Of a stretch of 44,693 nucleotides of DNA, positions 8,509 through 17,950 are shown one piece after another; positions within the stretch are counted from its first letter, which is position 1; each line of letters starts with the position of its first letter. The notes under the pieces are model-generated. The model was given only the letters and a program-made list of their open reading frames with translations. It had not been told where the DNA came from and searched no databases. Origin of the DNA: Betaproteobacteria bacterium (GTDB lineage Bacteria > Pseudomonadota > Gammaproteobacteria > Burkholderiales > SG8-39); assembly GCA_016189945.1 (NCBI GenBank), contig JACPRN010000047.1, positions 1 through 44,693 of the forward strand, written 5' to 3'. A program made the position numbers and the translations under genes.

Positions 8509-9225
8509 ATGGAAAACCAGGGCCACATACTGGTCGTCGACGACGACGCCGAGATCCGCAGCCTGGTCGCCGAATACCTGACGCAGCACGGCTATCGCGT
8601 GAGCACGGCGCGCGACGGCGCGCAGATGCGCCAGGCGATCGAGACGGGACGCCCGGACCTGATCGTGCTCGATCTGATGCTCCCGGGCGAGGACGGCCTT
8701 GCGTTGTGCCGCGACCTGCGGGCGCGTTCGGACCTTGCCGTGATCATGCTCACCGCCCGGCGCGAAGAGATCGACCGCATCATCGGCATCGAGATGGGGG
8801 CGGACGACTACCTGGGCAAACCCTTCAATCCGCGCGAGCTGCTCGCGCGCATCAAGAGCATCCTGCGCCGCTCGCGCGCGCTGCCGGCCTTCCGCGGCGA
8901 TGCCAAGCGCGTGCGCTTCGCGGGTTGGACCCTGGACCTCACCGCGAGGCACCTGATCGACCGGCAGGGGGTGATCGTGCCGTTGAGCGGCGCCCAGTTC
9001 CGATTGATGGCTGCGTTCGTCAACCATCCGAACCACGTGCTCGACCGGGACAGGCTGATGGATCTGACACAAAGACGCGACGCCCCGCCCTTCGATCGCA
9101 GCATCGACGTCCAAATAAGCCGCCTGCGCCAGCTCCTGCAGGACAACGGGCGGGAGCCGCGCATCATCAAGACGGTGCGAAACGGCGGCTATGTGCTTGC
9201 TGCCGCAGTCGAGCGGCTCGACTGA
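8509..9225 (+). CDS. OmpR/PhoB-family response regulator
   Basis: Frame of ORF 8329..9225. Receiver ILVVDDDAEIRSLV...DLIVLDLMLPGEDG and a winged-helix C-terminus IIKTVRNGGYVL. Start at ATG 8509 (MENQGHILVVDDD). Confidence 0.9.
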   Translation: MENQGHILVVDDDAEIRSLVAEYLTQHGYRVSTARDGAQMRQAIETGRPDLIVLDLMLPGEDGLALCRDLRARSDLAVIMLTARREEIDRIIGIEMGADDYLGKPFNPRELLARIKSILRRSRALPAFRGDAKRVRFAGWTLDLTARHLIDRQGVIVPLSGAQFRLMAAFVNHPNHVLDRDRLMDLTQRRDAPPFDRSIDVQISRLRQLLQDNGREPRIIKTVRNGGYVLAAAVERLD

Positions 9226-10634
9226 TGAACCTGCTGCCCCGCTCGCTTTTCGGCCGCACTCTGCTTGTGCTCTCGGCGGGACTGCTGTTCGCCGAGGTCG
9301 CGAGCCAGGTGCTCAATTTCTTCGACCGCGGAAGCGGCGTGTACCGGCTGGCGGCACAGCAGACCGCCCGGCGGATCGCCCAGTCGGCGCGGATCCTGAA
9401 CCGCCTCGCGCCGGAGCAGCGCGGTGCGGTCATCGACGAGATAATCGGGCCTACCTTCAGCGTGGTTTTGGGTAGGACGCCGATCAGCGTGGGCGAAGGT
9501 TTTGCCGAGCATGACCGCTACGAGCGGGACCTGGCCGCATTGATCAAGTTCTACCTCCGCTCGCAGTGGGACACCTCGGTCGACATCACGGCACTGGGGC
9601 GCGAGCGCCGGCCGAGGAACTACGAGGGCGTCGACACCACGCCGCTGGAGCAGTGGATTGCGCGCCATTTCTATTTCGTCCTGCCCGGCGCATTCTCCGT
9701 CGTGGCGCAGATCACGCTCGAAGACGGCACCAACGCCGTGTTCTACGCGCGCATGCCCCAGGAGCCGCTCAGCCGGCTGGAATCCCTGCTGCCGCGGCTG
9801 CTGCTCAACCTGGCGATTTTCGTCGCCCTCGGAGCGCTCGCCGTCGGCATGATCACGCGATCGCTCGAGCGGCTGGCGCGGGCCGCCGAGGCGTTCGGCG
9901 CCGATCCGGAGGGCGCGCCGTTGCGCGAGTCGGGCCCGAGAGAAGTGCGCAGCGTGATCCACGCGTTCAATCGCATGCGCCTGCAGCTCCGCAATCATCT
10001 GCAGGAACGCGCGCAGATGCTCGGCGCCATTTCGCACGACCTGCAGACGCCAGTCACGCGGCTGCGCCTCAGGGCGGAGATGCTCGATGACGCCGGCCGC
10101 CGCGCCAAATTCCTCCGCGATCTCGACGAGATGGAAGCGCTGGCCGGCTCGGCGCTCGAATTCTGCAAGAGCATCGGCACCGAGCTGGAACGCCATCCGC
10201 TCGACGTTCGCGCCCTGGTCGCGAGCCTGTGCGAGGACTGGTCCGAAGCCGGCCGCGACGTGAGCCTCGAGGGAAACCCGCGCAGCCCCTACAGGGGGCA
10301 TCCTCAGGCGCTGCGCCGCTGCGTCAACAATCTGGTCGAAAACGCGCTCCGCTACGGCGCACGGGCCCGGATCACCATTGACGACGACGACAAGGTGCTG
10401 CGTGTCGCGGTCCGCGACGAAGGTCCGGGCATCCCCGAGCAGGAGCTGGAACGCGTGTTCGAGCCGTTCGTTCGCTTGGAGCAGTCGCGCAACCGCGAAA
10501 GCGGAGGAACGGGCTTGGGGCTGGCCATCGCGCGGAAAGTGGCGCGATGGCACGGAGGCGACATTCACCTGCGCAATGTCCCGGACGGGAAAGGGCTGAT
10601 CGCCGAGCTTGTCCTGCCGCGCTCACCGGCATAG
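9225..10634 (+). CDS. Sensor histidine kinase (EnvZ-like architecture)
   Basis: Frame of ORF 8445..10634. ATG 9225 overlaps the stop of the regulator gene. Two TM segments, H-box ISHDLQTPVTRLRL, G-box GGTGLGLAIARKV. Confidence 0.9.
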   Translation: MNLLPRSLFGRTLLVLSAGLLFAEVASQVLNFFDRGSGVYRLAAQQTARRIAQSARILNRLAPEQRGAVIDEIIGPTFSVVLGRTPISVGEGFAEHDRYERDLAALIKFYLRSQWDTSVDITALGRERRPRNYEGVDTTPLEQWIARHFYFVLPGAFSVVAQITLEDGTNAVFYARMPQEPLSRLESLLPRLLLNLAIFVALGALAVGMITRSLERLARAAEAFGADPEGAPLRESGPREVRSVIHAFNRMRLQLRNHLQERAQMLGAISHDLQTPVTRLRLRAEMLDDAGRRAKFLRDLDEMEALAGSALEFCKSIGTELERHPLDVRALVASLCEDWSEAGRDVSLEGNPRSPYRGHPQALRRCVNNLVENALRYGARARITIDDDDKVLRVAVRDEGPGIPEQELERVFEPFVRLEQSRNRESGGTGLGLAIARKVARWHGGDIHLRNVPDGKGLIAELVLPRSPA

Positions 10635-10681
10635 CGCGATCAGGGCTCTTATCGATTTCCGGCGCGCATCCTCGTCCGGCT

Positions 10682-11881
10682 CTACTCGCTGCGCAGCGCT
10701 TCCACGGGGTCGAGGCGCGCTGCGCGCAGCGCCGGCATGACCCCGGCCGCGAGCCCCACCGCGACCGCGACCAGTTCGGCCAACACCGCGTAGCTCCAGG
10801 GCGTGTGCACCGGCAGCGCCGGCAGCCCGATCTTGAGCGCCAGCGCGATCGCCCAGCCGAGCGCCAATCCGGCCGCGCCGCCCGCCGCGGCAAGCAGCGC
10901 CGCCTCGCCGAGAAACAGGAGCAGTATGCGCCGCTGCGTGGCGCCGATCGCGCGCAGCAGGCCGATCTCGGCGGTGCGCTCGGCCACCGCGATGGTGAGG
11001 ATGGTGAGAATGCCCACGCCGCCCACCACCAGCGAGATGCCGCCGATCGCGGCAACGGCGAAAGTGATCGCGTCGAGCACGGTGCCGAACACCTCGAGCA
11101 TTTTCTGCTGCGGCGTGACCGTGTAGTCCTCGGCGCCGTGGCGGGCGGTGAGGATGCGCTTGATGCCCTCCTCGACCTCGGCGAGCGGCGCGGTCGGCTC
11201 GTAGGTGACGTGGATTTCCTGCAGGCTTTCGCGGTTGAACATGTCCAGCGCGCGCACCACGGGGATGAAGACCGTGTCGTCCAGGTCGAAGCCCAGTATC
11301 TGGCCCTTGGACTGCATGACGCCGACGACGCGGTAGCGCTCCCCGCCCACCCGCACGCGGCCGCCGAGCGGATTGTCGGCGCCGAAAAGCTCTCTTGCGA
11401 CCTTGGAGCCGAGCACGGCAAGAGCCCTTGCGCTGCGCGGGTCCTCCTGGGGCAGGAATTCGCCGACCGCAACCCGCATCTGCAGCGCGCGGGCAAAATC
11501 GGGGCCGACGCCGTAGAGCGTAACGCGGCGGCTCTTGCCCGCGTGCTTGACGTCGGCGTTGCCCTGCACCAGGGGATCGCTCACCAGCACATAGGGGGCG
11601 CGGCGCAGCGCGATGGCATCGTCGATGGAAAGCGGCCGGATGGTGTTCACCGCGCCGAGGGAGGCGCCGTGGGTCTGGGTGCGCCCCGGCGCAACGGTGA
11701 TCAGGTTGGTCCCGAACTGGGTGAATTCGGCGATCACGAAGCGGTGCAGTCCCTCGCCGATGGAAGTGAGCAGGATCACCGCGGTGATGCCGATGGCGAT
11801 CCCGAGCGCGGTGAGGAAGGTGCGCAGGCGATGCGACCTGAGCGAGGCGTAGGTGAACTCGATGGCGTCGCCTAAGCGCAT
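10682..11881 (-). CDS. ABC exporter permease, FtsX/MacB-type (LolC/E-like)
   Basis: 399 aa. N-terminal TM, large periplasmic domain, C-terminal FtsX-type 3-TM bundle ending RAARLDPVEALRSE. Confidence 0.9.
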   Translation of the reverse strand: MRLGDAIEFTYASLRSHRLRTFLTALGIAIGITAVILLTSIGEGLHRFVIAEFTQFGTNLITVAPGRTQTHGASLGAVNTIRPLSIDDAIALRRAPYVLVSDPLVQGNADVKHAGKSRRVTLYGVGPDFARALQMRVAVGEFLPQEDPRSARALAVLGSKVARELFGADNPLGGRVRVGGERYRVVGVMQSKGQILGFDLDDTVFIPVVRALDMFNRESLQEIHVTYEPTAPLAEVEEGIKRILTARHGAEDYTVTPQQKMLEVFGTVLDAITFAVAAIGGISLVVGGVGILTILTIAVAERTAEIGLLRAIGATQRRILLLFLGEAALLAAAGGAAGLALGWAIALALKIGLPALPVHTPWSYAVLAELVAVAVGLAAGVMPALRAARLDPVEALRSE

Positions 11882-11917
11882 TGGTGCTTATTCCAATTCG
11901 AGCCAGTCGGAATCATA

Positions 11918-12030
11918 GGTGTTGTCCTTTTGCCTTTATTCAATCTCCACGCTTTCGCGAAGTTGCTTCCAGCAACTTCGCGAAAGCGTGGAGACGAAGT
12001 TACAAACCCAATTCCCGCCACGTTCGTCAA
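11918..12030 (+). repeat. Structured intergenic element, copy 2 (forward orientation)
   Basis: Perfect 23-bp-arm palindrome 11944-11994 (tctccacgctttcgcgaagttgc ttcca gcaacttcgcgaaagcgtggaga). Left flank cttttgcctttattcaa. Right tail caattcccgccacgttcgtcaa ends at 12030. Confidence 0.9.
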
Positions 12031-12046
12031 TCCTCCCCCGAATCAC

Positions 12047-13255
12047 CTATCTCCTCGACAGCGCCTGCACCGGGTCGAGCCGGGCGGCCCTCCGCGCGGG
12101 CGCGAGCGTGAACAGCACCGCGGTGATGACCGCGGTCGCCGGGGCGGCGAGCATGGCCCACCACGGCGCTTCGAACGGAATGGCCGGATAGAGCTGCGCA
12201 GCGAGCTGGCGCGCGATCTGCCCGACGGCGAGCCCGACAGCGGCGCCCCCGATCGCAAGCAGCACGGCCTCGGTAAGGAACATCAGCCGGACCTGGCGCG
12301 CCGTTGCGCCGAGTGCCTTCAACAGGCCGATTTCGCGCCGGCGCTGCGTCACCGCGATGAGCATCACGTTCATGATCAGGATCCCGGCCACCGCGAGGCT
12401 GATGGCGGCGATTCCCGCCACTGCGAGCGTGAGCGCGCGCAGGATGCGGTCGAAGGTGGCGAGCACCGCGTCCTGGGTGATCACCGTCACGTCGCGCTCG
12501 CCTTCGTGGCGAAGCCGAATGATCTCTTCAACGTCCGACTTGGCCGCGGCGATCTGTTCGCGGCTCTTCGCCTCCACCAGGATGCGGAACAGCGCCTCGG
12601 TGTTGAACAGAGCCTGCGCCGCGGCGATCGGCACGATGACGATCTCGTCGGTGTTGAAGCCGAGCGACTGGCCCTGCTTGGCCGCGACGCCGATGACCCG
12701 AAAACGCCGGTCGCCGATTCGGATCCACTCGCCCAGCGCCTGCCTGGCGCCGAAGAGCTCGGCGGCGACCTTGGCGCCGATCACGCACACCGGCGCGCTC
12801 TGGCGCGGATCGGCCTCGGGAAGGAAACGGCCGAGCGCGACCTCCATGCTGCGCACGTCCTTCATCTCGGCGGTGGAGCCAAGCACGGGCGTCTCGCGCA
12901 CGCGCGCCCCCACGTGCACGTCGCCGGTGCCGACCACGAGCGGCGCTATGCGGCGGATCGCGTGGCTGCGCTTGAGCGCCAGCGCGTCCTCCAGCGTCAG
13001 GTCGCGCGGGGTCTTGCCGATCAGGACGCCGGGCATGGCCCCGGCCGTTTCGCTGCGGCCGGGCAGCACGATGACCAGATTGGTGCCGAGCGACCCGAAC
13101 TGGTTGACCACGTACAGCCGCGCGCCCTCGCCGAGCGAAGTCACCGCCACCACCGCGGCGACGCCGATCCCCATGGCGAGCAGGATCAGCAGCGTTCTCG
13201 CGCGGTAGCCGCGCAAAACCTGCCAGGCGAATTCGAGCAGGTCGGCGCTTCTCAT
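12047..13255 (-). CDS. ABC exporter permease, FtsX/MacB-type, second paralog
   Basis: 402 aa. Same architecture as 10682..11881, ends RAARLDPVQALSRR. A diverged paralog: many substitutions are visible on reading the two proteins side by side (not quantified). Confidence 0.9.
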   Translation of the reverse strand: MRSADLLEFAWQVLRGYRARTLLILLAMGIGVAAVVAVTSLGEGARLYVVNQFGSLGTNLVIVLPGRSETAGAMPGVLIGKTPRDLTLEDALALKRSHAIRRIAPLVVGTGDVHVGARVRETPVLGSTAEMKDVRSMEVALGRFLPEADPRQSAPVCVIGAKVAAELFGARQALGEWIRIGDRRFRVIGVAAKQGQSLGFNTDEIVIVPIAAAQALFNTEALFRILVEAKSREQIAAAKSDVEEIIRLRHEGERDVTVITQDAVLATFDRILRALTLAVAGIAAISLAVAGILIMNVMLIAVTQRRREIGLLKALGATARQVRLMFLTEAVLLAIGGAAVGLAVGQIARQLAAQLYPAIPFEAPWWAMLAAPATAVITAVLFTLAPARRAARLDPVQALSRR

Positions 13256-13292
13256 GCCGGGCTTCCAGCCATAAATGCGATCATGAACCAGT

Positions 13293-13404
13293 GGTGTTGT
13301 TCTTGCCTTTAACCAATCTCACGATGTTGCAGTGCAATTGCTTGCAATTGCACTGCAACATCGTGAGACATAATTAGAAGCAAATTCCCGCCGCCACTGT
13401 CAAC
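13293..13404 (+). repeat. Structured intergenic element, copy 3 (forward orientation)
   Basis: Perfect 25-bp-arm palindrome 13317-13368. Differs from copy 1 by one compensated pair. Left flank cttgcctttaaccaa. Right tail gcaaattcccgccgccactgtcaac ends at 13404. Confidence 0.9.
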
Positions 13405-13430
13405 ACTCCTCCAGTAAATGCCTGCCCCGA

Positions 13431-14108
13431 TCAATCAACACGCTCATCGGACACGATTGCCCCATCGACCATGCGCAGTCGCCGCTTCGCGTGCGATCCG
13501 ATCTCCGGATCGTGGGTGACAAGCAGCACCGTGCCGCCGTCGCGGTGCACCTGCTCGAGCACCGCCATCACCTCCTGGCCGGTGCGCCGGTCGAGGTTCC
13601 CGGTCGGCTCGTCGGCGAGGATCACCGAAGGACCCATCGACATGGCGCGGGCGATGGCCACGCGCTGGCACTGGCCGCCGGAGAGCTGGTCGGGACGGTG
13701 CCCGCCGCGATCGGCCAGGCCGTAGTCCGAAAGCAGCCGCTCGAGCCTCGCCCTGCGCTCGCCCGGATCGATCCCCGCCAGCACCATCGGCAACTCGATG
13801 TTCTGCGCGGCAGTGAGGCGCTGCACGAGATGAAAGAACTGGAAAACGAAGCCCATCATTTCGCGGCGTACGCGCGCCAGTTGATCGTCGTCGAGCGCGG
13901 TGACGTCGTGGCCGTCCAGTTCGTAGGTGCCGGCGTTGGGCCGGTCGAGCAGGCCGATCATGTTCAAGAGCGTCGATTTTCCGGACCCGGAGGGTCCCAT
14001 GATGGACAGGTATTCGCCGCGCGCAACGTGCAGGTCCACGCCGCGCAGGGCGCGGACCATTTCGCCGCCGACGACGAAAGTCCGCTCGATGCCGGTGAGG
14101 CGGATCAT
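13431..14108 (-). CDS. ABC exporter ATP-binding protein (MacB/LolD-type)
   Basis: Walker A GPSGSGKST, signature LSGGQCQR, Walker B ILADEPTGNLD. Confidence 0.95.
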   Translation of the reverse strand: MIRLTGIERTFVVGGEMVRALRGVDLHVARGEYLSIMGPSGSGKSTLLNMIGLLDRPNAGTYELDGHDVTALDDDQLARVRREMMGFVFQFFHLVQRLTAAQNIELPMVLAGIDPGERRARLERLLSDYGLADRGGHRPDQLSGGQCQRVAIARAMSMGPSVILADEPTGNLDRRTGQEVMAVLEQVHRDGGTVLLVTHDPEIGSHAKRRLRMVDGAIVSDERVD

Positions 14109-15311
14109 CTACGGACGCGACTTCGCCGTTCCCTTCTGCTCCGCGAGCGCCCGGGCGCCCGCCTTGACGCCCTCGCGCTCCAGCGACGTTACCACCCGCT
14201 CGCCGCGCTCAAGCCCTGATTTCACCTCGGTGAACTCCCAGTTGGAAAGCCCCGTTTCGATCCTGCGTTCTTCCAGGGCGCCGCTCGCGCCGAGCACCAG
14301 CACCCGGTTTCCCGGCATCAGCGCGTTGGTCGCAATGCGCACGACACCTTCGCGGCTGCTCACCACGATCTCGATATCGGCGCTGTAGCCGACCAGCAGA
14401 TGCCGCGCCTCGCCCGGATCGTCGAACTCGACCTCGACATCGACGGTGCGCGCCTGCTTCTCCACCGCGAGCACGTAGGGCGCGATGCGCCGCACCTTGC
14501 CGGCAAAGAGTTTGCCGCGGTAGGCATCGAGCGTGATGCGTCCGCGCATGCCTTTCCTGAGCTGCGCGGCGTCCACTTCGTCGATTGGCGCGGTCACGTA
14601 AAGGCAGGAGTCGTCGATCAGGTCCACCGCCGGCAGGGTCGGTATTCCCGGCGGCGACGGGGTCAGGTATTCCCCCACCTCGCCGTTGACTTCGGCGACG
14701 ATGCCGGCGAAGGGCGCGCGCAGCACGGTGCGATCGGTGTCGGCGCGCGAGGCCTGGATGCGCGCCTCGGCTTCTTCGATCTGGGCCGAGGCCGAATCGC
14801 AGCCTGCCTGCTTGGCCGCCGCATCGGATGCGGCGCGCTCCACGGCCTCCTGGGAGACGAAATTGCGCGCGCGCAGCTCGCGCGCGCGCGCCGCGTCGCG
14901 CGCCGAGGCCTTGGCCAGCTCGCACGCTTCCCGCACGCGCGCACGCGCGGTCTGCATCTGCTCGCGCGACAGGCGTTCGCGCGCGACGAGGTCGTCGTTC
15001 CAGAGCATGAGCAGCAACTGGCCCGCGCGCACGCGATCGCCTTCGCGCACCTGGAGCTTTTCGATGCGCCCGCCCATGGGCGGCGCGAGCTTGGCGCGCC
15101 GGCACGCCGACACGGAACCCGCGCGCGTGTTCGCGACCGTTTGCTCGACGCGGCCGGCGTCGACCTCGGCCAAGGCCACCGTCACCGGCTTGGGCCGCGT
15201 GGCATACCAAACGGCTCCGGCGGCCATTGCCGCGACGATCAGCAACAAAAAGATGCGCAGCGCGAGGCGACGCCCCCGACCGGAGTTATTGCGGCTACCC
15301 GTTGTGTTCAT
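14109..15311 (-). CDS. Periplasmic adaptor / membrane fusion protein (HlyD/MacA family)
   Basis: 400 aa. N-terminal TM anchor, coiled-coil region (ARERLSREQMQTARARV...AEARIQASRAD), barrel domains. Its stop TAG directly abuts the ATPase ATG (TAGATG at 14106-14111). Confidence 0.9.
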   Translation of the reverse strand: MNTTGSRNNSGRGRRLALRIFLLLIVAAMAAGAVWYATRPKPVTVALAEVDAGRVEQTVANTRAGSVSACRRAKLAPPMGGRIEKLQVREGDRVRAGQLLLMLWNDDLVARERLSREQMQTARARVREACELAKASARDAARARELRARNFVSQEAVERAASDAAAKQAGCDSASAQIEEAEARIQASRADTDRTVLRAPFAGIVAEVNGEVGEYLTPSPPGIPTLPAVDLIDDSCLYVTAPIDEVDAAQLRKGMRGRITLDAYRGKLFAGKVRRIAPYVLAVEKQARTVDVEVEFDDPGEARHLLVGYSADIEIVVSSREGVVRIATNALMPGNRVLVLGASGALEERRIETGLSNWEFTEVKSGLERGERVVTSLEREGVKAGARALAEQKGTAKSRP

Positions 15312-15608
15312 AGGCTGCCATTATGCCGCGCCTTCTGCTGTTGGCCAGTAGTTTGGCGGGGGCGCAACGCCGGCCTTTTGATCTTGCGCAACTCGTCGCT
15401 TACGAGAACAATCCGGTAATCATACCTGCCGCACGGGTCCGGTCTTCGCCGGACATCGAAGATGTCAGCGCACGAGACCTCGAGGTCAAGCGCATCACCA
15501 TGCAGTTCGCGTCGCGGACCCCTCCGGCCGATTGCCGGCAAAGGCGAAAGGGACGATTATGCCGAGCGCGCGTGAACTGATAGATGCGGGTGCAGAGGAG
15601 GAGCGCCG

Positions 15609-17108
15609 ATGATTCAATCCGATATTTTCAACGACCTGCTGGCGCCGGAGCTTGCCGACGACCTGCGCCGGCTCAACCCGCATTGGGTGGGGCTGCCCGG
15701 TCCGGAAATTCCGCGCTTTCACCGGTATCTTTTTTCCCGCGTGTACCGCAACCTCCAAACGGGTCTAACGCCGGCGACTGTTCTGCGCGGCACACGCCGC
15801 GTCGGCAAGACGATCATGGTCCGTCAGATCATGGAGAAGATGCTCATCGAGGGCATCGACGCCAAGCGGATACTGTACGTTCCGTTCGACGAAATTGGCA
15901 GTCTGCGCAGGCTGCGAGATCCGATCCTGACCATCGTGCGATGGTACGAGTCCAGGCTCCTTGGTCGCACCATGAACGAAGCGGCACGCTCAGTTGGCCC
16001 GGCATACCTGCTGTTCGACGAAGTCCAGAATCTGGATGCGTGGGCGCCTCAGATCAAACACCTGGTGGACAACAATACGGTGCGTGTGCTGCTCACGGGA
16101 AGCTCTTCGCTGCGCATCGAGGCCGGCCGCGATAGCCTTGCCGGACGGATCACTACCTTCGATCTTGGACCATTGCTGTTGCGCGAGATTGCCGAGCTTT
16201 CGCTGGGCGGGCACACGCAGGCGCACTGGGTCGATAACGGAGCCGAGAGCCTGACCGAGCCAGCCTTCTGGAGCACAGGTATCGATAAGGCCCGCCGCGA
16301 GGTCGACCTCCGCCTGCGGGCCTTTACGGCATTTTCGGCGCGAGGCGGCTATCCCATCGCGCACGAACGCGGCGATGCGCCGTGGCAGGAAATGGCGGCT
16401 TACCTCAACGAGACCATCGTCAAACGCGCCATCCAGCACGATCTGAGGCTGGGTCCACGCGGCGCGAAGCGCGACGAGAAGCTGCTGGAGGAGGTTTTCC
16501 GGCTGTGCTGCCGCTACGCCGGTCAGGCCGCGGGCCAGAATGCTTTCGTTCCCGAGATTCGGCAGGCCCTCGCCGGAAACATCGGCTGGAGCCGGATTCT
16601 GACGTACATGCGATTCCTCGACGGTACGCTGCTGGTCCGACTAATCCCGGCGATGGAATTGAGGCTCAAGAAGCGCAAAGCGCCGGCGAAAATCTGCCTT
16701 AGCGATCACAGCCTGCGAGCGAGCTGGCTGCAGGAAATGGTTCCCTTGCATCCCGATGGGCTGAATGCGAGTCCCCATCTTACCGATCTCGCCGGACACC
16801 TTGCGGAAAGCGCGCTGGGCTATTTCCTTGCGTCCATCCCAAACCTGGATATTGCGCATTTTCCCGCTCGCGGCGCCGAGCCTGAAGTCGATTTTGTGCT
16901 CACGGTCGGCACGCGCCGGATCCCGGTCGAAGTCAAATATCGAAGACGCGTCGATCCTCACGAGGACACGCGCGGTCTGCGCGCGTTCGTCGAAAAGACG
17001 GTCTATAACGCCCCGTTCGGTCTGCTGGTAACGCTCGATGACAACGTACGCGTTCCGGACCCCAGAATTATTCCTATCTCGCTCTCGGCCCTGCTTTGGA
17101 TGAGGTAG
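15609..17108 (+). CDS. AAA+ ATPase with C-terminal DUF4143-like nuclease-fold module
   Basis: Walker A GTRRVGKT, Walker B YLLFDEVQ. C-terminal PD-(D/E)xK-like EVDFVL...IPVEVKY. GAGGAGGAG precedes ATG 15609. Confidence 0.85.
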   Translation: MIQSDIFNDLLAPELADDLRRLNPHWVGLPGPEIPRFHRYLFSRVYRNLQTGLTPATVLRGTRRVGKTIMVRQIMEKMLIEGIDAKRILYVPFDEIGSLRRLRDPILTIVRWYESRLLGRTMNEAARSVGPAYLLFDEVQNLDAWAPQIKHLVDNNTVRVLLTGSSSLRIEAGRDSLAGRITTFDLGPLLLREIAELSLGGHTQAHWVDNGAESLTEPAFWSTGIDKARREVDLRLRAFTAFSARGGYPIAHERGDAPWQEMAAYLNETIVKRAIQHDLRLGPRGAKRDEKLLEEVFRLCCRYAGQAAGQNAFVPEIRQALAGNIGWSRILTYMRFLDGTLLVRLIPAMELRLKKRKAPAKICLSDHSLRASWLQEMVPLHPDGLNASPHLTDLAGHLAESALGYFLASIPNLDIAHFPARGAEPEVDFVLTVGTRRIPVEVKYRRRVDPHEDTRGLRAFVEKTVYNAPFGLLVTLDDNVRVPDPRIIPISLSALLWMR

Positions 17109-17349
17109 GGAATAACAGTTGACTGATGCGCTCGGGCTTTGCAGGCTCGCACCCGCCGCAAGCGCGGTGGGTGCGAAAAACATGAAAAATTCCACTTTTC
17201 GCGCTGCTCGGCGCACCTGGCCGATTCGAGATCCTGGATAATCGGTAGACCGATCAAAAAGGTCACACCCGCGTGGCAAGTGCGCCCCCGCGGGAATGAC
17301 GCAAACCGGGTTTGGCAGCGCACTCGAAACGAGCGGCGTAAGACCGCGA

Positions 17350-17925
17350 ATGGGGGGATTCGCCATAAGAAGTTTAGTACTTGCCGTTGCGATCCTGATT
17401 GTGTCCTTATTGGGCGCTCAGGCGCGGGCAGCGACATTTGCAGAAAAGACCTTCGCACAGCTCGTCACCGAGGCCGAGCAGATTTTCGTCGGCACGGTGA
17501 CTTCGCTCCAGTCCCGAAGATTACCCAGCGGCGCTATCGTCACCGACGTCAGATTTTCGGAGCCGCAAGTCATCAAGGGTGACGCGGCCGTTGCGGACCT
17601 CGCCCTCCTTGTTTTGGGAGGCGAAGTGGACGGGGCTCGACTGGAAATTCCGGGGCTGCCTCGATTTCAGCGCGATGCCCGCTATCTCGTGTTTTCCCAG
17701 GGCAACGGCAAAAGCATATTTCCCGTGGTGGGCGGGCCCACCGGATTTTTCCGCATCACCGCGGGGGCGGACGCTCCGGTGGTGCTGTCTTGGTCCGGGG
17801 AGCCGCTCGATTCCGAGTTTGCGGCGCAGGTGCTGGGGAATGTCTCGCCGGCCGATCAAGGCGCATCGCCAATCGCGCTGGAACTGATGCTCGGCGCCAT
17901 CAGGACGAGGCTTGGCCTGCGATAG
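17350..17925 (+). CDS. Exported hypothetical protein
   Basis: Frame of ORF 17296..17925. From ATG 17350 there is a clean signal peptide MGGFAIRSLVLAVAILIVSLLGAQARA. No domain recognised. The start could instead be ATG 17296. Confidence 0.55.
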   Translation: MGGFAIRSLVLAVAILIVSLLGAQARAATFAEKTFAQLVTEAEQIFVGTVTSLQSRRLPSGAIVTDVRFSEPQVIKGDAAVADLALLVLGGEVDGARLEIPGLPRFQRDARYLVFSQGNGKSIFPVVGGPTGFFRITAGADAPVVLSWSGEPLDSEFAAQVLGNVSPADQGASPIALELMLGAIRTRLGLR

Positions 17926-17950
17926 CCGTTGCCATGAAGAAAGAACCGGT

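Noticed and set aside
15308-15541. 77-aa ORF upstream of the adaptor gene, whose stop overlaps the adaptor ATG (ATGA), suggesting translational coupling.
   Set aside because: It has a TTG start with no SD sequence. It has many rare codons (aga, agg, cga, gta, cta) and a visibly lower third-position GC than the neighbouring genes. It is an Arg-rich sequence with no recognisable fold. It could be a gene remnant, but I cannot support a call.
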